Positions 31,852-41,396 of a stretch of DNA of 55,162 bases are shown here, one piece after another; position 1 is the first letter of the stretch; every line of letters begins with the position of its first letter. The notes under the pieces were generated by a model. It was not told the DNA's origin. It did no database searches and was given only the letters and a program-made list of their open reading frames with translations. A program made the position numbers and the translations under genes. This stretch comes from Burkholderiales bacterium (GTDB taxonomy: Bacteria > Pseudomonadota > Gammaproteobacteria > Burkholderiales > Usitatibacteraceae): positions 1 to 55,162 of the forward strand of contig JANYGV010000315.1 of assembly GCA_025359285.1 (NCBI GenBank), read 5' to 3'.

Positions 31852-32190
31852 CTAGATTTTAAGTCGCTCAACTACACGCCCTTGCTGAATATGTTCGCGA
31901 ATAATTTCGTCTATGTCATCCTTGTCGATGTAGTGATACCAAACATTATCTGGGTAAATCACCAAAACCGGTCCTTCTTCGCAGCGATCCAGACAGCCCG
32001 CAGAATTAATGCGAACGTTACCTTCTCCCGACAGACCCAATTTTTTGATCTGGTCTTTCGCATAGGCGCGCACGCCTTCTGCGTCGTGCTGCGCACAACA
32101 TTTGCGCCCTTTGTCCCGCTGGTTCACGCAGAAAAAAACATGATGTTTGAAAAAGCTTTTATCCGCGGCATCCACTTCATTGCTCATCAA
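31852..32190 (-). CDS. Thioredoxin-like [2Fe-2S] ferredoxin domain protein
   Basis: Contains HVFFCVN..KCC and SAGCLDRCEEGPVLVIYP, the typical Cys pattern of this family. 112 aa. Confidence 0.75.
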   Translation of the reverse strand: MMSNEVDAADKSFFKHHVFFCVNQRDKGRKCCAQHDAEGVRAYAKDQIKKLGLSGEGNVRINSAGCLDRCEEGPVLVIYPDNVWYHYIDKDDIDEIIREHIQQGRVVERLKI

Positions 32191-32222
32191 AATATCCTCA
32201 AAGTTAAATCTTCCTAAGCGCG

Positions 32223-33437
32223 TTAATGTTCAAAGCGATGCTTCACAAATAGCGATGCTAAAAAAATCAAGGCCAGTAGCGGCCAGACTTCGTGCACCCA
32301 GCGAGTGAGACTGGCAAAATTTAGCAACTGTCCATATGGCCAATCAAATAATCGCAGAGTGTCGCTCCAGGTGCCGTAGACCCCGGTAATTTTTGCCAAC
32401 AGTGCGCCCGCAAATACAAAAAGGGTGGCAGAAAATGCGCGCCATCGGAACGAACGTTGCGCAAAAAAAGTAAACAACAGGAACCCTGAGCTTAAACCAA
32501 TCACCGTGCCTGGTCCCATCCACGCGATAAGCAAGGGCGCTTTTAGCAACATCGCCGCCATCGATACTTTTGCCAGAAATCCTAGCGCCATGATCACCAG
32601 CACACTCACCCAAGCCCGATTGGCAGGATGTAACAACAACGATATGAATAGCGCGAATCCGCACACATTGAAGGTGATCGCGACCGCTTGTGGCAATAAA
32701 AAAAGCGGATCGTACGGGTGTGGCCGCTCGCCGCCGGTAAAAACCGGCGCAAGGCCTGTGCCAATCGAACCGGCGGTGCCGTTCGTGCTGTTAACAACAT
32801 TGCCCGCTTCAAAAAACGGGATAGCGGGATTGAGTTGTGAAAAAAACCAAATTGCCAGCAGCAACAAACCCCATTCGGTTTGCACGCCATAAGAAAAATG
32901 TCGATGCCGCCATTGCTCAATTCGCGACAGCGCCCGCCGACCAGGCGGCACCAGCACCACGGTCGCGCCCACCATCGCGCCGATTGAATTTGCCACCCAA
33001 TCAAACATGGATGAAACCCTGCCCGGCAGGAATGATTGGGCATATTCCAGCGTGAACGAAAGCGTGATGGCCGTCGCCACACTGATTAGCCAGGCGTGAA
33101 CATCAACCGACGCCGGAATGGCCACAGGCCCCAAGCGACGGCGCACACGAAATCGCCAAATCGCCGCCACCAGCGCACCCAGCGGCGTGTAGGCAACAAA
33201 ATTAATCGCAATATCAAATATCGACCAATATTTGGGCAATGAGAACAGTACAAATGATTCTGCCGCGCGCCACCCAAAGAACGGATTTAGACTCGCGTAA
33301 ATGATCGTCAGCGAATACACCACCAGCGCACCCGGACCCGCGCGCATACGCGGCCCCGCACCGATGCGGGTATCGGACAACGCTGCACGGCCAGCACGGG
33401 CAGCGTGGGTTTTTGAGGCTGTGGATGAATTGAGCAT
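32223..33437 (-). CDS. VanZ-like polytopic membrane protein
   Basis: An N-terminal VanZ-type segment (LEYAQSFLPGRVSSMFDWVANSIGAMVG) followed by additional TM helices. 404 aa. Confidence 0.65.
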   Translation of the reverse strand: MLNSSTASKTHAARAGRAALSDTRIGAGPRMRAGPGALVVYSLTIIYASLNPFFGWRAAESFVLFSLPKYWSIFDIAINFVAYTPLGALVAAIWRFRVRRRLGPVAIPASVDVHAWLISVATAITLSFTLEYAQSFLPGRVSSMFDWVANSIGAMVGATVVLVPPGRRALSRIEQWRHRHFSYGVQTEWGLLLLAIWFFSQLNPAIPFFEAGNVVNSTNGTAGSIGTGLAPVFTGGERPHPYDPLFLLPQAVAITFNVCGFALFISLLLHPANRAWVSVLVIMALGFLAKVSMAAMLLKAPLLIAWMGPGTVIGLSSGFLLFTFFAQRSFRWRAFSATLFVFAGALLAKITGVYGTWSDTLRLFDWPYGQLLNFASLTRWVHEVWPLLALIFLASLFVKHRFEH

Positions 33438-33497
33438 ATGCGGAAGTGTCGCGCCGCCTGAACAGTAGCCGCGGCGGCCGGTAGACGGGCCAGGCGG

Positions 33498-34016
33498 CTA
33501 GACTGCTATGAGTGATGTTGCGTAGCGAGCGGCGTTATCAAGATAGTGTTGCGTGATGCCCTGCAACATGGCGACCTCAGCATCCGTTAGCTGCCGGATA
33601 ACACGACCAGGGGAGCCCACGACCAGCGAGCGATCCGGTATCACCTTACCCTCGGGAATCAATGAATTCGCGCCAATCAAACAATGGCGGCCGATCACCG
33701 CATGATTAAGCACCACCGCTTTGATGCCAATCAGCGAGCCTTCGCGAACCGTGCAGCCATGCAGCATAGCCATATGTCCCACGCTGACGTTGCGCTCCAA
33801 GGTCAGCGGAACGCCCTCATCTGTATGCAATACCGAGCCGTCCTGGATATTGACGTTTTCACCAATGGTAATGGTGTCGTTATCGCCGCGTATGGTCACG
33901 TTCCACCATACGCTCGCGTTTTTTTCAAGCACCACATCGCCCACGACGATGGCGTTGGGCGCAATGTAATTGTTGCCCTTGAGTTGAGGAGTTTTGTCGC
34001 CGAGCGCATAAATCAT
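33498..34016 (-). CDS. Gamma-class carbonic anhydrase family / hexapeptide-repeat protein (YrdA/PaaY-like)
   Basis: Left-handed beta-helix repeats with a conserved His pattern (VGHMAMLHGCTV). Its start lies 12 nt downstream of the stop of the preceding LytTR regulator gene. Confidence 0.85.
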   Translation of the reverse strand: MIYALGDKTPQLKGNNYIAPNAIVVGDVVLEKNASVWWNVTIRGDNDTITIGENVNIQDGSVLHTDEGVPLTLERNVSVGHMAMLHGCTVREGSLIGIKAVVLNHAVIGRHCLIGANSLIPEGKVIPDRSLVVGSPGRVIRQLTDAEVAMLQGITQHYLDNAARYATSLIAV

Positions 34017-34028
34017 ATTTTATTGACC

Positions 34029-34823
34029 TTACATATTGCGGAACAAATGCATAAACGGCTGGCTCACCTGTAACGTTTCCGGGCGTGTTTTCAGCTTGAT
34101 TATGCCCTTGCCGGTTTCATCGCGCGATACTGCTTTAATCGCGTGCAGATTGACAATCGTGGCGCGATGGATTTGTTTGAAATGCGCGGCGTCCAGCTGT
34201 TCGAGCAACTCTTTAATGGGCGTGCGAATCAGCGCTTCGCCTTCCCCCGTCATCACCACCGTATATTTGCTGTCGGCCTGAAAATAGGCCACTTCGTCGA
34301 TCATGATCAGCTTGGTATCTTTGCCCGTGCCTGCCGTGATCCAGGCGAGCGGCTCATGTTTTTTCTCCGCCTGCATGCTGACCTTGAGTTGCGCCAACAG
34401 TGCGCCCACAGCATCACCGCCTTCGCCAAACGCCGCACCAGTGCTGGTGATTGGCGACTTTAGCCTAGCGATGGTGGCGCTTAATCGTTCGGCCGAAATC
34501 GGTTTTAGCAAATAATCAATGGCACCTTTTTCAAACGCGTCAATCGCGTATTGCTCATAAGCAGTAACAAAAACGATACGCGTTTGCGGCGAGCAGTCTT
34601 TGAGCGCCGCGGCCACATCCAGCCCAGTCAGACCCGGCATTCGAATATCGAGAAAGGCGACATCCGGTTTATGTGCGGCGATTTCTTCAAGGGCCGCCGC
34701 ACCGTCCTCGGCCTCGGCAATGATTTGAAGCTCAGGCCAAGCACGTTTTAATTGTGAGACAAGTTCTATTCGAAGCAGCTCTTCATCTTCAGCAACGACT
34801 GCGGTGGGATTATTTTTTGTCAT
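34029..34823 (-). CDS. LytTR-family response regulator (pair 1)
   Basis: The receiver has AEDEELLR, AFLDIRMPGLTG and a conserved K. The C-terminal LytTR domain reads AYFQADSKYTVV...HRATIVNL. Confidence 0.92.
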   Translation of the reverse strand: MTKNNPTAVVAEDEELLRIELVSQLKRAWPELQIIAEAEDGAAALEEIAAHKPDVAFLDIRMPGLTGLDVAAALKDCSPQTRIVFVTAYEQYAIDAFEKGAIDYLLKPISAERLSATIARLKSPITSTGAAFGEGGDAVGALLAQLKVSMQAEKKHEPLAWITAGTGKDTKLIMIDEVAYFQADSKYTVVMTGEGEALIRTPIKELLEQLDAAHFKQIHRATIVNLHAIKAVSRDETGKGIIKLKTRPETLQVSQPFMHLFRNM

Positions 34824-34901
34824 CTCTGAGAGCTTTTAACGAGGATTGATCGGGTTTAAATCGGCTCGGAAATAGGCTAAGAAGTGCATAGAAAAATGAA
34901 T

Positions 34902-36119
34902 CTAAGTCATGAGCGGAATTGTAATCGTTGCCACCATGCCGCTGGGCACATTCAGCGATAGCGAAAGTGACGCAGCCTCGCCATAAGTCAGCTTCAGCCG
35001 TTCACGCATATTCTTGAGTCCCAAACCGGTTCCCGAGGTGCCGCCTTTCGGGCCTACGCCATTGTCGGCAACGCTCAGGGTAAGCGCGTTCTTGGTTGAG
35101 GCCGCGCAGATCAGAACGGTGCCGCCACCGAGCTTGGGCTCCAAGCCATGTTTTATCGCATTCTCGACGAGCGTTTGCACCATCATCGGCAAAAATGAGA
35201 CATGGGCGAGTGCTACAGGCACGTCAATCTCAACATTTAATCGGGTTCCCATGCGAATTTTTAAAATTTCAAGATAAGCGCGGGATCGTTCAATTTCACG
35301 GCCCAGCGTCGAGAATGAACCCGCATTCGGTGACGCCTCGATTTCGGCGGAATGCGGTAAGGCATTTCGCAAATAAACGATAAGATTTCCCAGCATTTCA
35401 TCCGCACGCTTCGGGTCGCTCCGCGTGAGTAATTGTGCGTTGGCCAAGGTGTTGTATAAAAAATGGGGCTCAATCTGCGCCTGCAATTTTGCGAGCTTGG
35501 CATCGGTCAGCGCACGATCCATCTCGGCACGCTCTTTGGCGAGTCGCTGATCGTCAAACCGTCGCGCGATTTGTTCGTTCAGACGCGCCACGATCACGCG
35601 GATATTCTGGCGGTTTTTACCAAAATCAAGCACCAAAAATAAATCACTGGGGCGGCTTTCTATGCGAACGTACGACGCCACGCGCCCGCGTGAGCCAACC
35701 ACAATTTGAATTGTTTCGCCACCTGATGCAAACGAAAAATAGCCTGCACTGCCGCCGCCGGTGGTACCTTCAATGCGACGCGTTTCGGTTGAGGTGCGAG
35801 TCGAGAAAAAGCCCGGCATGACTTGCACCGCCGCGACACAAAGTGCGAATGCCTCATCCGCCGGAATGCTTAGTTCGAACGTGGCCTCGTGATGTGTGGA
35901 GGCGTCCGCAAAGGTAAATGTAGGGTCGCGTAAACGCATGGCGCTGCGATACCAAAACACCGTAAACACCATCAGTAACGCGCCCAGAATAGTGCCCGCA
36001 ACCATGGCTAACCCGGATTGCTTGTAGCCCGCATAGATGGCCAGTCCGAAAGCAACGCCGGGCAAAATCCCGGTCATCCCGATGAAGCCGCCGTAGAGAC
36101 GCCACGGAATTGATTTCAT
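34902..36119 (-). CDS. LytS/YehU-type sensor histidine kinase (His_kinase plus HATPase_c), 2-TM with almost no periplasmic loop (pair 1)
   Basis: Contains QAQIEPHFLYNTLANAQLL (PF06580-type H box), NAIKHG (N box), DNGVG and GTGLGLKNMRERL. Two N-terminal TM helices are joined by only a few residues, followed by a cytoplasmic domain of ~130 aa. I prefer the start at 36119 (MKSIPW). Confidence 0.9.
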   Translation of the reverse strand: MKSIPWRLYGGFIGMTGILPGVAFGLAIYAGYKQSGLAMVAGTILGALLMVFTVFWYRSAMRLRDPTFTFADASTHHEATFELSIPADEAFALCVAAVQVMPGFFSTRTSTETRRIEGTTGGGSAGYFSFASGGETIQIVVGSRGRVASYVRIESRPSDLFLVLDFGKNRQNIRVIVARLNEQIARRFDDQRLAKERAEMDRALTDAKLAKLQAQIEPHFLYNTLANAQLLTRSDPKRADEMLGNLIVYLRNALPHSAEIEASPNAGSFSTLGREIERSRAYLEILKIRMGTRLNVEIDVPVALAHVSFLPMMVQTLVENAIKHGLEPKLGGGTVLICAASTKNALTLSVADNGVGPKGGTSGTGLGLKNMRERLKLTYGEAASLSLSLNVPSGMVATITIPLMT

Positions 36120-36400
36120 CTCACACGCTTTTATTCGAATTATGCATCTAAGTATTTTGCCGGACGGCAATGGTTGCTGCGCGCCACGAACGACAAAACA
36201 AAAGAAAGCGTGATGAAAGTGGAAATATGCGGCGCGGAATCCGTGTCACAAAATCATAAAGCTACAAACCACCGGCGCGCACCCGACATCGAAAATTAAA
36301 ACCCGTTTATCTGCGGGGCGTTTGGCGCAGAAATGGCTCAAAATACCCGTAGATACTGGGGTTTGAATTTTTTACCAGCATCGCCTTTCCGACCGATAAC

Positions 36401-37195
36401 TCACATCTGCTTGAATAAATGAGAAAACGGTCGGCTGACGGTCAGATTTTCCTTGCGCCCTTTCACTTTCACCGTGGCTTGACCACGAAAATCGCGTGTC
36501 ACGCCATCAATCGCGGTCGCGTTGACCACCGTGGAGCGATGAATTTGCCAAAATTGCTCTTGATCCAAACCGTCCAGCAGCTCCTTGATCGGCGTTTTAA
36601 TCAGCGCATCAAAATCTCTAGTGGCCACCAGCGTGTATTTTTCGTCTGATTGAAAAAACAACACATCATCAATCGGGATCAGGCGCAAATTTGATCCGAT
36701 ATTGGCCTTGATCCATTTCAGTCGTTCTACTTGCGGATTAAGCTTTGCCGACAAATGAGAAATGAGCGCTTGCAGGTCTTGCGGCGGCGCAGCGGGCACC
36801 GCGTTCAGCCGATTCTTGAGGCGCGTCACCGCGACCGCCAAGCGGTCATCAGTGTAGGGTTTCAGCACGTAATCGATGGCGCCGGTATTAAACGCGTCAA
36901 CGGCATATTGATCGAACGCTGTCACGAACACGATATGGCAGTTGAGCTCTTTGCTGGCGGCAACATTTTTGGCCACCTCGACGCCGGTCATCTCCGGCAT
37001 CTGAATATCCAGAAAGGCGAGCCGCGGTTGATGTTCAAAAATGGCTTCCAGTGCGGCCTCACCGTCGCCCACATCCGCCAAAATTTGCAGCTCGGGCCAT
37101 AGCTTGCTGAGCTTTAGTTTGAGCTGGGCACGCAGGATCGGCTCGTCCTCAGCGAGGATGGCGGTAATGGTGGTGTCAGTTTGCGATGTCGTCAT
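36401..37195 (-). CDS. LytTR-family response regulator (pair 2)
   Basis: The receiver has AEDEPILR and AFLDIQMPEMTG. The LytTR domain reads LFFQSDEKYTLV...HRSTVVN. It is a paralogue of the regulator at 34029-34823. I prefer the ATG at 37195. Confidence 0.92.
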   Translation of the reverse strand: MTTSQTDTTITAILAEDEPILRAQLKLKLSKLWPELQILADVGDGEAALEAIFEHQPRLAFLDIQMPEMTGVEVAKNVAASKELNCHIVFVTAFDQYAVDAFNTGAIDYVLKPYTDDRLAVAVTRLKNRLNAVPAAPPQDLQALISHLSAKLNPQVERLKWIKANIGSNLRLIPIDDVLFFQSDEKYTLVATRDFDALIKTPIKELLDGLDQEQFWQIHRSTVVNATAIDGVTRDFRGQATVKVKGRKENLTVSRPFSHLFKQM

Positions 37196-37232
37196 TTTTT
37201 GGACCAATAGATGAGGTATCCCAGATTGTCCC

Positions 37233-39647
37233 TTAATTTGGTGGCAACTTTGGCGGTATCGTGGGCGTTATGCCGACTTCGCTTACGTTGACCGCTGCGC
37301 TGGGCTTGGGTACAGATGCAGTTTTATGTTTGGGTTTGCGCCGCCAAAACCACCAATAAATAATCAAGCCCAACAGTACGAATGGCGACAGTGCCGGAAA
37401 TACTGAAATGAGGATCATCAACGGTATAAAAACCAGCAATCCCGCCGCTAATACACCAAGGCCGTAAATAATGGCGACCACCAGCAAGGCCACCAGTGCC
37501 AACAGGCCGAATACAAACAGCAGCAGCACGGAGCCCACCGCCATACCTTCCATGCCGCTCAGCGGCACTGTGTTGCTGCCAATCGAGAACGGCATCCACC
37601 CTGCTGCCATCGCCGCAAGTGCCAGCCCAAACATGATCGCCAGCGCCGCCATAATGCCGATAAAGGTAAACGACATGGCGCGCGCCCACACGCTATGGGT
37701 CGTGCCAACGGCGCTCATGGTGCGGCCCGCCCAGCTCTTGGATGCGCCCTTTGTGTTCCCGTTAGTGTTCATGCTCGCGTTCTTATTGCCGGGCCCCCCA
37801 GAACCGATTTTGGTTGTGGGAATGGCGCCCAGTGCTGAAAACCGCATCATCGCCTCAGCTGGGATTTCGATCGAGGCGATCACCCCTTTAGGCACATTGG
37901 ATTCCAGCGACAGCCTGGCCGTTTCGCCGTAAAGCGCCAATAGACGTTCGCGAATATTCGACAACCCCACGCCGCCCCCGGTTTCGGCATCCGCGCTGGT
38001 GGTGCCGTTAGCCGACAGGCCGCGCCCCGTGTCTTTAACCACGATGCGAAACCGTTCCCCGACTTTCTCGGCGATGATATCAATGCGGCCGCCTTCGCGA
38101 ACCGGCTCGAGGCCATGCTTGATAGCGTTTTCAACCAGTGAGGGCAACATCAGGGGCGGAAACGGCACATTGCTTAATTCATCGGGAACACTAATCGAAA
38201 AATCAAGCCGCTCCACCATACGCATTTTGAGGATATTCAGGTACGCTCGCGCCAGCTCAACTTCTTGCCCCACCGTGGACGAGGTCTCGCGCATTTTAGG
38301 TAATGCGGCGCGCAAATACTCAATCAAATGCCCCACCATTTTGTTGGCGGCCGGCGGGTCTACTTCAGTCAACGCCTGAACATTGGCCAGCGTGTTGTAA
38401 AGAAAGTGCGGCTCGACCTGCGCTTGAAGTGCCTGCAGGCGGGCTTCCATCAATTGGCGACTGGCTGACTGGGCCTCGGCTACTTTTTTCTGGCTCTCGC
38501 CAAATGCTTGCGCACGGCGCGAGCGATCAATCAAAAACTTGGCAATCAGCGTCATAAAAAACACCGGGATGAACGCCAGAATCAAGGCGCTGCCCAAACC
38601 GATTCGCTTCACATCTTGCGCAACTTTCGCATGGATATCCTGCCGAAGCTCGGCTGGTAAGGGCGAGAATACCGGTGGTGCGGGTGCGGCAGGTGGCGCA
38701 GGTGAGGTAGGTGAAACCGGTGAAGTAGGTGAAACAGGGGGCGCAGGTGCTGTGAGAGTTGCGCCTGGAGCGCTCGGTAGGGTTGGGGGCAAGGTGGTAC
38801 TAGCACCCGCATTGCCCGCCATTTTATCGCCTCGCTTAACATCAGTCTTGGCGCCTTGCCTGATGCCCTCGCCAATCCCGGATTTTATGGCTGATTTGAG
38901 TCCCTCACGAAGCCCCTCTTTCGCGTTTTCATCGTTACCAATTTTAAATTTGGTACCGTTGACATCGAAATCCAATTTGAAATTGCTCTTGGCGGCCTCG
39001 ACTTGAGATTTAGTCAGAGCATCGAGCGCTTTTTTCGCGGCATCTTCCTGAGTCTTAGCGGCTTGCAGCTGCTCGTTGAGCGACTTCAGTGTTTCGGGAG
39101 CCACCAAGCCCGCCGATTTCAGCGATTTTTCGACGTCGGCACGCGCTTCTTCAATCGCTTCGCGGCGCTCAGTGGCGCTCTCCAACAACGCTTCAGTTGC
39201 CGCGCGTGCGGCCTCGATCGCATTGACGGTCGATTCTTTGGCGGCTTCGCGTACCGCCTGCGCAGCATCCGCCGCCGCGCCGCTTGCATCCTTCGCCGCT
39301 TCGGTCACCGCGCGCTTGATTTCGTCCTGCGCATTAAAAATTTCCTTGCGCGCCTCGGCAATGCCTTCTTGCGCCAAATCGAGTTCACGGCGACGCGCCG
39401 GGTCATTGGTACGCTCACGCATCGCCGACACCACGCCTTCAGCAAGCCCGAGTGCGGAATCGCCGAATGCCGAATCAATTTCGCGCTTGATGGCCCGATT
39501 TATTTCCGGAGTTTCGCCGCTGCTGGATAAGCGGATGACCTGCGCAGGCAGCGTAAAAATGCCGAGCAAAATGAGGGTGAGCAGCCCGATAAGAAGCATC
39601 GCCCACCAGGGGGTGCGATGAAGGAAGTTTCCGAAGGCTTTAAACAT
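37233..39647 (-). CDS. Atypical LytS-type sensor histidine kinase: TM, ~330-aa Ala/Glu/Lys-rich coiled-coil and Pro-rich segment, TM, His_kinase, HATPase_c, then a C-terminal 4-TM domain (pair 2)
   Basis: Contains QAQVEPHFLYNTLANVQAL, NAIKHG, DTGRG and GGVGLSNIRERL. The N-terminal segment between the two TM helices is low-complexity helical sequence plus PVSPTSPVSPTSPAPPAAPAPP. After the ATPase domain come ~220 aa with four hydrophobic helices and a basic Pro-rich tail. I prefer the start at 39647 (MFKAFGNF). Confidence 0.85.
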   Translation of the reverse strand: MFKAFGNFLHRTPWWAMLLIGLLTLILLGIFTLPAQVIRLSSSGETPEINRAIKREIDSAFGDSALGLAEGVVSAMRERTNDPARRRELDLAQEGIAEARKEIFNAQDEIKRAVTEAAKDASGAAADAAQAVREAAKESTVNAIEAARAATEALLESATERREAIEEARADVEKSLKSAGLVAPETLKSLNEQLQAAKTQEDAAKKALDALTKSQVEAAKSNFKLDFDVNGTKFKIGNDENAKEGLREGLKSAIKSGIGEGIRQGAKTDVKRGDKMAGNAGASTTLPPTLPSAPGATLTAPAPPVSPTSPVSPTSPAPPAAPAPPVFSPLPAELRQDIHAKVAQDVKRIGLGSALILAFIPVFFMTLIAKFLIDRSRRAQAFGESQKKVAEAQSASRQLMEARLQALQAQVEPHFLYNTLANVQALTEVDPPAANKMVGHLIEYLRAALPKMRETSSTVGQEVELARAYLNILKMRMVERLDFSISVPDELSNVPFPPLMLPSLVENAIKHGLEPVREGGRIDIIAEKVGERFRIVVKDTGRGLSANGTTSADAETGGGVGLSNIRERLLALYGETARLSLESNVPKGVIASIEIPAEAMMRFSALGAIPTTKIGSGGPGNKNASMNTNGNTKGASKSWAGRTMSAVGTTHSVWARAMSFTFIGIMAALAIMFGLALAAMAAGWMPFSIGSNTVPLSGMEGMAVGSVLLLFVFGLLALVALLVVAIIYGLGVLAAGLLVFIPLMILISVFPALSPFVLLGLIIYWWFWRRKPKHKTASVPKPSAAVNVSEVGITPTIPPKLPPN
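38702..38737 (-). repeat. 18-bp tandem duplication inside the kinase gene, encoding (PVSPTS)x2
   Basis: ggtgaggtaggtgaaacc / ggtgaagtaggtgaaaca on the plus strand, with 2 mismatches. Confidence 0.85.
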
Positions 39648-39878
39648 AACGAACCCGTTTTTTGAAATTACGCGACATGGGCAAACAACAAACCCACCGC
39701 GCACATCGACAGATTAGGGCTGCGGCACCGACGACTCAACGGCTAACCGTTGAACTACAGAATTCGAGGGTTAATTTGCGGATGGGATGGATGCTCGGGT
39801 TGGGTGCAAGCACGCTGCTACGTGGCTATGGCGCATGGTACGACGTGGCGCTGGAGTTGCGGCCTATGCTGGCCGTCA

Positions 39879-41396
39879 TCAGGCTTGCTTGACGGCATGC
39901 GCCGCGCTTCGCCCTTGACCGGCAACGTCGTGGCCGAGGGGCGAGTGTGAAGTATGGGAATGCTCGTCAGCGCCATGCGCATGGTGCTCGTGCGGTTTGG
40001 AAAGCAGTGAGCCGCCGATCATGCCAACCCCTGCCATCAATACGCCAGCGAGCTGCGCGGGGAAAGAGATTCCCAAGGGCGTCGCTAAAAACATAATCCA
40101 GGTGAGAATACCGAAAACAATTGAGGCAATCGCTCCATATCGCGTTGCCCGTTTCCAGTACAGACCGCTTACCAGTGGCACGAACGCGCCGACCAACGTA
40201 ACCTGATAGGCGCCAGAAACCATTTCATAAATGGGCGTACCTTTCATCACCACCGCGTAGGCCAGCACGCAAGCCGTAAAAATAAACAGGGTGACCCGAA
40301 ACGCAAAAAGCTCTTGTTTATCCGTCAGGCCAGGGCGAAAATTTTTGTAGATATTTTCGACAAAACTGGTGGAAGGTGCCAACAGCGTTGCCGATGCCGT
40401 CGATTTTATCGCCGACAAAAGCGCGCCAAAAAATAATACCTGCGCCGCAAACGGCATGAATTTCAGCACCAGTGTGGGCAATACACGCTGCGGGTCGTTC
40501 GCCAACAAATCCTTGGTTTCAGCAGGCATGATCAGCACCGCACAGGCAACGATAAACATGGGTACAAACGCAAACGCCAGGTAACACAAACCGCCAATGA
40601 CTGCGCCACGCTGGGCGGTTTTGGAATTTTTTGCTGACATCACTCGCTGGAAAATATCCTGCTGAGGAATGGAGCCCAGCATCATCGTGATCGCCGCCGC
40701 GATAAAGAAAATCACGTCATGAAATTTCGGCTCCGGGAAAAACTTGAACCAGTCATTGGTTTGAGCCAAGGCCAGTACTTTATCCGGCCCGCCGGCAAGA
40801 TTGCCCGCCATCACCGCGATGATCGACAGCCCCACCACCAACACAATCACTTGAATAAAATCAGTCCATGCAATCGCCAGCATGCCGCCGAAAATGACAT
40901 AAACCAGCACCGACAACGTACCAATCAACATGCCCATGTCCACGCTGATGGCCCCATTGCTGACGACGTTAAACACTAGGCCCAGCGCCGTTACCTGAGC
41001 AGCGACCCAGCCAAGGTACGAGAAAATGATGGCGACCGAGCAAAATATTTCGACGGTTTTGCCATAGCGTTTTCGATAAAAATCGCCGATCGTCAAAAGC
41101 GTCATGCGGTAAAGCTTCGCAGCAAAAAATACCCCTACCAACACCAGGCACATTGACGCCCCGAACGGATCTTCCACCACGTTATTGAGCCCGCCCTGCA
41201 CAAATTTGGCGCTGATACCTAATACCGTTTCCGCGCCAAACCACGTCGCGAAGGTGGTGGTGATAATCATCGCCAGCGGCAGGCTGCGTCCGGCCAGGGC
41301 GAAGTCCGTTGAGGTTTTTACGCGAGTCGCGGCGAACAGGCCAATAGCCAGAGTGCCCAACAAGTAGACCACCACGAAACCGAGGAGCGCATTCAT
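39879..41396 (-). CDS. Sodium:solute symporter (SSF) family transporter with a His-rich C-terminal tail
   Basis: About 13 TM helices with typical SSF sequence (FALAGRSLP, TWFGAETVLG). The tail reads KPHEHHAHGADEHSHTSHSPLGHD. I prefer the ATG at 41396 (MNALLGF). Confidence 0.85.
   Translation of the reverse strand: MNALLGFVVVYLLGTLAIGLFAATRVKTSTDFALAGRSLPLAMIITTTFATWFGAETVLGISAKFVQGGLNNVVEDPFGASMCLVLVGVFFAAKLYRMTLLTIGDFYRKRYGKTVEIFCSVAIIFSYLGWVAAQVTALGLVFNVVSNGAISVDMGMLIGTLSVLVYVIFGGMLAIAWTDFIQVIVLVVGLSIIAVMAGNLAGGPDKVLALAQTNDWFKFFPEPKFHDVIFFIAAAITMMLGSIPQQDIFQRVMSAKNSKTAQRGAVIGGLCYLAFAFVPMFIVACAVLIMPAETKDLLANDPQRVLPTLVLKFMPFAAQVLFFGALLSAIKSTASATLLAPSTSFVENIYKNFRPGLTDKQELFAFRVTLFIFTACVLAYAVVMKGTPIYEMVSGAYQVTLVGAFVPLVSGLYWKRATRYGAIASIVFGILTWIMFLATPLGISFPAQLAGVLMAGVGMIGGSLLSKPHEHHAHGADEHSHTSHSPLGHDVAGQGRSAAHAVKQA

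Noticed and set aside
38640-38800. A GGT/GCG-rich repetitive tract that looks like a non-coding repeat on the plus strand.
   Set aside because: It is the in-frame coding sequence for the Pro/Ser/Thr/Ala-rich linker of the minus-strand kinase. It is a coding low-complexity region, not an independent element.
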